The notes under the pieces: model-generated
What the model saw: the letters and a program-made list of their open reading frames with translations, nothing else
What the model was told of the DNA's origin: nothing
Database searches by the model: none
Part shown: positions 60,861 to 64,000 of the stretch, one piece after another
Numbering within the stretch: position 1 is the stretch's first letter
How the letters are laid out: every line of letters begins with the position of its first letter
From: Balanoglossus misakiensis
Lineage: Eukaryota > Animalia > Hemichordata
Direction of reading: 5' to 3'
DNA length: 64,000 nucleotides
NCBI GenBank assembly: GCA_040954595.2
Contig: JBECUI020000037.1
Coordinates: 1 to 64,000, forward strand
Made by a program: the position numbers and the translations under genes

Positions 60861-63800
60861 CTACTGTACTGTGATAATAAACTCCACAATCGGATTCTGT
60901 GGCGTGCTGAAATCGGCGCTTGTTGTTTGTATTCTTATGGTATACTCACTGGCTCGAGTGCCATTATTGACATTCAAGGTTGTTCCGTCGGTAATGTTGA
61001 ACTTATCGTTGTCAGTTGTAGAATCGGGCGGCAGACTGTACTGTGGATTTTCCAGCTGTCCTGCAAGGACGTTATTCTGTGCAGTAATGGTTAATGGCAT
61101 GTCTACCGAGATGGGTGCCTGCGGTAATGTAATATACCATGGACCGAGGTTCTGACTGAAGGCGCTAGCACCAGAGAACATGAAATTCATATCGGTTACC
61201 TGAGATGTATCCCAACTACTCAAGTCTTGATTGAATGCGCTCGCCAACTGGAACATGGAATTCATATTGGTTACATTTGATGTATTCCAATTGCCGATAT
61301 TTCCATTAAAGCTGCGTGCACCAGAGAACATTGCCGTCATATTGGTTACCATAGTCGTATTCCAGTTGTTCAAGTCCTGATTGAACATGGATGCCGCAAG
61401 GAACATGGAAGCCATATTGCTTACCTTGGAGGTGTTCCAGTCGTTCAAGTTCTGATTGAATGCAGTTGCAAGGTAGAACATTGCCTTCATATTGGTTACT
61501 TGGGAGGTATCCCAGTTATTCAAGGGTTGATTAAATGCAGACGCATACAGGAACATGGAATCCATATTGCTTACCTTGGAGGTCTTCCAGTCGTTCAAGT
61601 CCTGATTGAATGTAGACGCATACAGGAACATGGAACTCATATTGGTTACATTTGATGTGTCCCAGTTGCCGATATTTCCATTGAAGCTACTTGCTCGGGC
61701 GAACATGGAACTCATATCTGCTACTCCTGAGAGATCGGGAATGTCGGTTGCTGCCATAGTCATGTTGCTTGCATTGGCAAATGCCGAATTCATACTAATC
61801 CATTTTGCTGTTCCCCACCGATCAATAGACTTCAGTCGTGCCGCTATTTCTTCTGTCGTATCCTCCAACCGTATCTGCTGAATACTATTCGTGATCTTGA
61901 CTGTATATTCGCCCGCTACTACATAGAGATGGTCTGCCGTACTTGAAAATTCTTCCACCGTTCCATCCCCCCAAGATATTTCATAGATTGCCGTACTATT
62001 TCCTACTGGAATTTCCACTGTTTGATTCGGTTCTGTTGTTTCCCACCTTGTTATAAAGAACGATGCGCTGGCATTTTCTATTGTAATGGCATCGGGTTCA
62101 GCCACTGTTTCTAATTCGTTGCCTGCATAGTCACGAATATTCCCAGATTCGTCATTGGTATACCAGATTGTTATCACTTCATTGGGGAGAATGGTTCGTG
62201 AGAGGGTCAGGATAATCCTGCGTGAGTCTACTTGTACTGCGGTTACACTCAGTAGTTCTGTACCACTACCTCCAATGCCGAAATTACTATCTCGTGCATT
62301 CCCTTGGATATCTTCGGAAAAGTAAAGCATTATTTTTTCTTCCGTTACTCCCGCTCTTCCCTCTGTGATCGTTGGAGCGCGGGTATCGATTACTGTCAAA
62401 TCGGCGATTACTTCCCGCATTTCCGTATAGTCTTCGAAATATACCTCCACTGATATTTTGTACTCTCCTGGTGTACTAATGACACCAGAAATGCTACCAA
62501 ATATATCTATTGTTATACTTGGTATATCTATAGTGATGCCATCTTTGGTTATTTCGGTAATGAAGAAAAAGGATCCAGTTGTGAAATCTCCCGTTCTTGT
62601 CGGGATTAGTTCAAATGCTTCTCCGTGCTCAACAGTTCTTCCGCTTCCATAACTCATTGTTCCGGTCAGTGGGGGCTGTACCTGTATTGTTAGCGATAGG
62701 GAATGACTGCCGGTATACCGTCCGATTGCTTCAACAACGATTGTAATCGGGTAGTCATCTACGGGCACTTCTGTTCCCACTGTTATAGTTCCACTATTGC
62801 TGTCTACCTGTATGGCGACAAGTGGTGGGGGAACAATGCTGTATTCCACAGTTATCTCGGAGGGAATATTTGTTAGCAATGGATACATGCCTCCTATGCC
62901 TGCGGGTACTGCATCGGAGGTATCATAAATTATGTAGTAGGATCTCAGGTCTATAGACAACTGTACTATTTTAATGATCCCCCGCCACTCAATAAATCCT
63001 GTATAATTTCCCGTAGCTGTTGCGCGTACCGTGACAGCATATTCGCCTGCAACGAGTCCTGCTGCGACCTGTATTCTTCCATCTTCGCTTAACGTTATTT
63101 CATTGGGAATCGTTACTATACTATAGCTGATCGGTATTATTGTAGGAATTGTACTTGTTACGGCATACTCTGCACTATTTCCATAGTCAATGGGAAAAAT
63201 TGTATAGGTTAGAGTATACGCATCTATTGATTGTCTTTCTGTGCTTATTGCTGTCTTGCTTGTGTAACTCGTACTACTCGTGGTTTCTCCATCTACTGCT
63301 TTTGATTGTATAACAATGAAATACCTTGTGCCCGGTGCCAACGGAGTGGCGTCTTTTAATTGCGTTATCTGCACTTCATATGGGCCTAGGGCAGAAGTGG
63401 GCAAGGTGTGCACAAGATTTTCTTGCACTGCAATATCCGAGATAGTTCCATCTACAGACGAGATGTAGACAGAGTAGCGGGTAGGAAGGGTATATCCCTG
63501 GGCGTTTCTACCGGGTGATACTGCATGCCATCTCAGTATGATATCTCTTGCAGTAACTGATGAAGTCAATGTTGCAATGCCGACATTCACTGGTATTCGT
63601 GGTGCTGTTGCTACTGGATTAGGCAGTTCTATCGGTGTGCTGCGCTGTGTTCCCGCTTCGTCCAACTGGGTAATAATTTTTACCCGATAGGACTGTCCAG
63701 AATGCAAATTTTGTATGGTATAACGAATAAGACCAGCTGCATCGGGAGTTAGGTCTGCTGCAGGTATGGAGTGAGGGATTTCTTGTCCCGATTCATCTGT

Positions 63801-64000
63801 GAGAAAAATGGTGTACGAGTGCACTGAATCGACTACAGGAGGGTTCCATTGGAGAGCAATGCTGTCGGGTTGAGTTTCTGTAGCTCGTATGTTTGATACG
63901 GCAGAACCGAGAATGCCGGTTTTCAGAGGAGGGGACGATACTATTGGCAAATAGCTGTTGCCAACCATTGCCTGTACTTCTACAGAGTAGCTGGTAGATG
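60861..64000 (-). CDS. BspA-like/DUF285 repeat surface protein, copy C (5' end outside window)
   Basis: Paralogous FN3 domains, a different central Ig-like block and 7 repeats; homology to copies A and B continues to the window edge. Confidence 0.85.
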   Translation of the reverse strand, partial: STSYSVEVQAMVGNSYLPIVSSPPLKTGILGSAVSNIRATETQPDSIALQWNPPVVDSVHSYTIFLTDESGQEIPHSIPAADLTPDAAGLIRYTIQNLHSGQSYRVKIITQLDEAGTQRSTPIELPNPVATAPRIPVNVGIATLTSSVTARDIILRWHAVSPGRNAQGYTLPTRYSVYISSVDGTISDIAVQENLVHTLPTSALGPYEVQITQLKDATPLAPGTRYFIVIQSKAVDGETTSSTSYTSKTAISTERQSIDAYTLTYTIFPIDYGNSAEYAVTSTIPTIIPISYSIVTIPNEITLSEDGRIQVAAGLVAGEYAVTVRATATGNYTGFIEWRGIIKIVQLSIDLRSYYIIYDTSDAVPAGIGGMYPLLTNIPSEITVEYSIVPPPLVAIQVDSNSGTITVGTEVPVDDYPITIVVEAIGRYTGSHSLSLTIQVQPPLTGTMSYGSGRTVEHGEAFELIPTRTGDFTTGSFFFITEITKDGITIDIPSITIDIFGSISGVISTPGEYKISVEVYFEDYTEMREVIADLTVIDTRAPTITEGRAGVTEEKIMLYFSEDIQGNARDSNFGIGGSGTELLSVTAVQVDSRRIILTLSRTILPNEVITIWYTNDESGNIRDYAGNELETVAEPDAITIENASASFFITRWETTEPNQTVEIPVGNSTAIYEISWGDGTVEEFSSTADHLYVVAGEYTVKITNSIQQIRLEDTTEEIAARLKSIDRWGTAKWISMNSAFANASNMTMAATDIPDLSGVADMSSMFARASSFNGNIGNWDTSNVTNMSSMFLYASTFNQDLNDWKTSKVSNMDSMFLYASAFNQPLNNWDTSQVTNMKAMFYLATAFNQNLNDWNTSKVSNMASMFLAASMFNQDLNNWNTTMVTNMTAMFSGARSFNGNIGNWNTSNVTNMNSMFQLASAFNQDLSSWDTSQVTDMNFMFSGASAFSQNLGPWYITLPQAPISVDMPLTITAQNNVLAGQLENPQYSLPPDSTTDNDKFNITDGTTLNVNNGTRASEYTIRIQTTSADFSTPQNPIVEFIITVQ
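61161..61685 (-). repeat. 7 x 75-bp DUF285 repeats
   Basis: 525 bp = 7 x 75. Confidence 0.95.

Noticed and set aside
52883-64000. Diversity-generating retroelement or invertase shufflon acting on the BspA-like genes
   Set aside because: No reverse transcriptase or recombinase in the window, no adenine-specific template/variable repeat pair, and no inverted cassettes

Overview
Bacterial chromosomal window, most likely from a spirochaete. This is inferred from the F/M-x-A/G-x-x-E-type signal peptides on the solute-binding proteins, the many lipoproteins and an rrl-rrf pair with no adjacent rrs. From left to right: (1) an AT-rich defence remnant with an internally deleted membrane-anchored HerA-like ATPase and a BcgI-like two-subunit restriction-modification system; (2) four tandem paralogous two-gene cassettes, each a small outer-membrane beta-barrel plus an S41 peptidase lipoprotein, with its own near-leaderless promoter and a conserved 32-nt gene overlap, interrupted by an orphan ulaCBA-like PTS; (3) a BMP/Nup nucleoside ABC importer and an aldehyde dehydrogenase; (4) a large beta-glycan catabolism region (GH-A hydrolase fused to a beta-barrel, multi-CBM lipoprotein, GH16, GH3, GH43, GH12-like, GH1, three ABC importers) split by a MATE gene and a self-promoted 23S-5S rRNA unit whose 23S reads U at the position equivalent to E. 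coli A2059; (5) a ~108-bp hairpin-containing tandem repeat and a putative orphan GT-A-fold protein; (6) three tandem mosaic FN3/Ig/DUF285 (BspA-like) surface proteins with 20, 9 and 7 repeats. Most genes in the first ~21 kb carry frameshifts, several at homopolymers, which looks like long-read consensus error rather than real decay.
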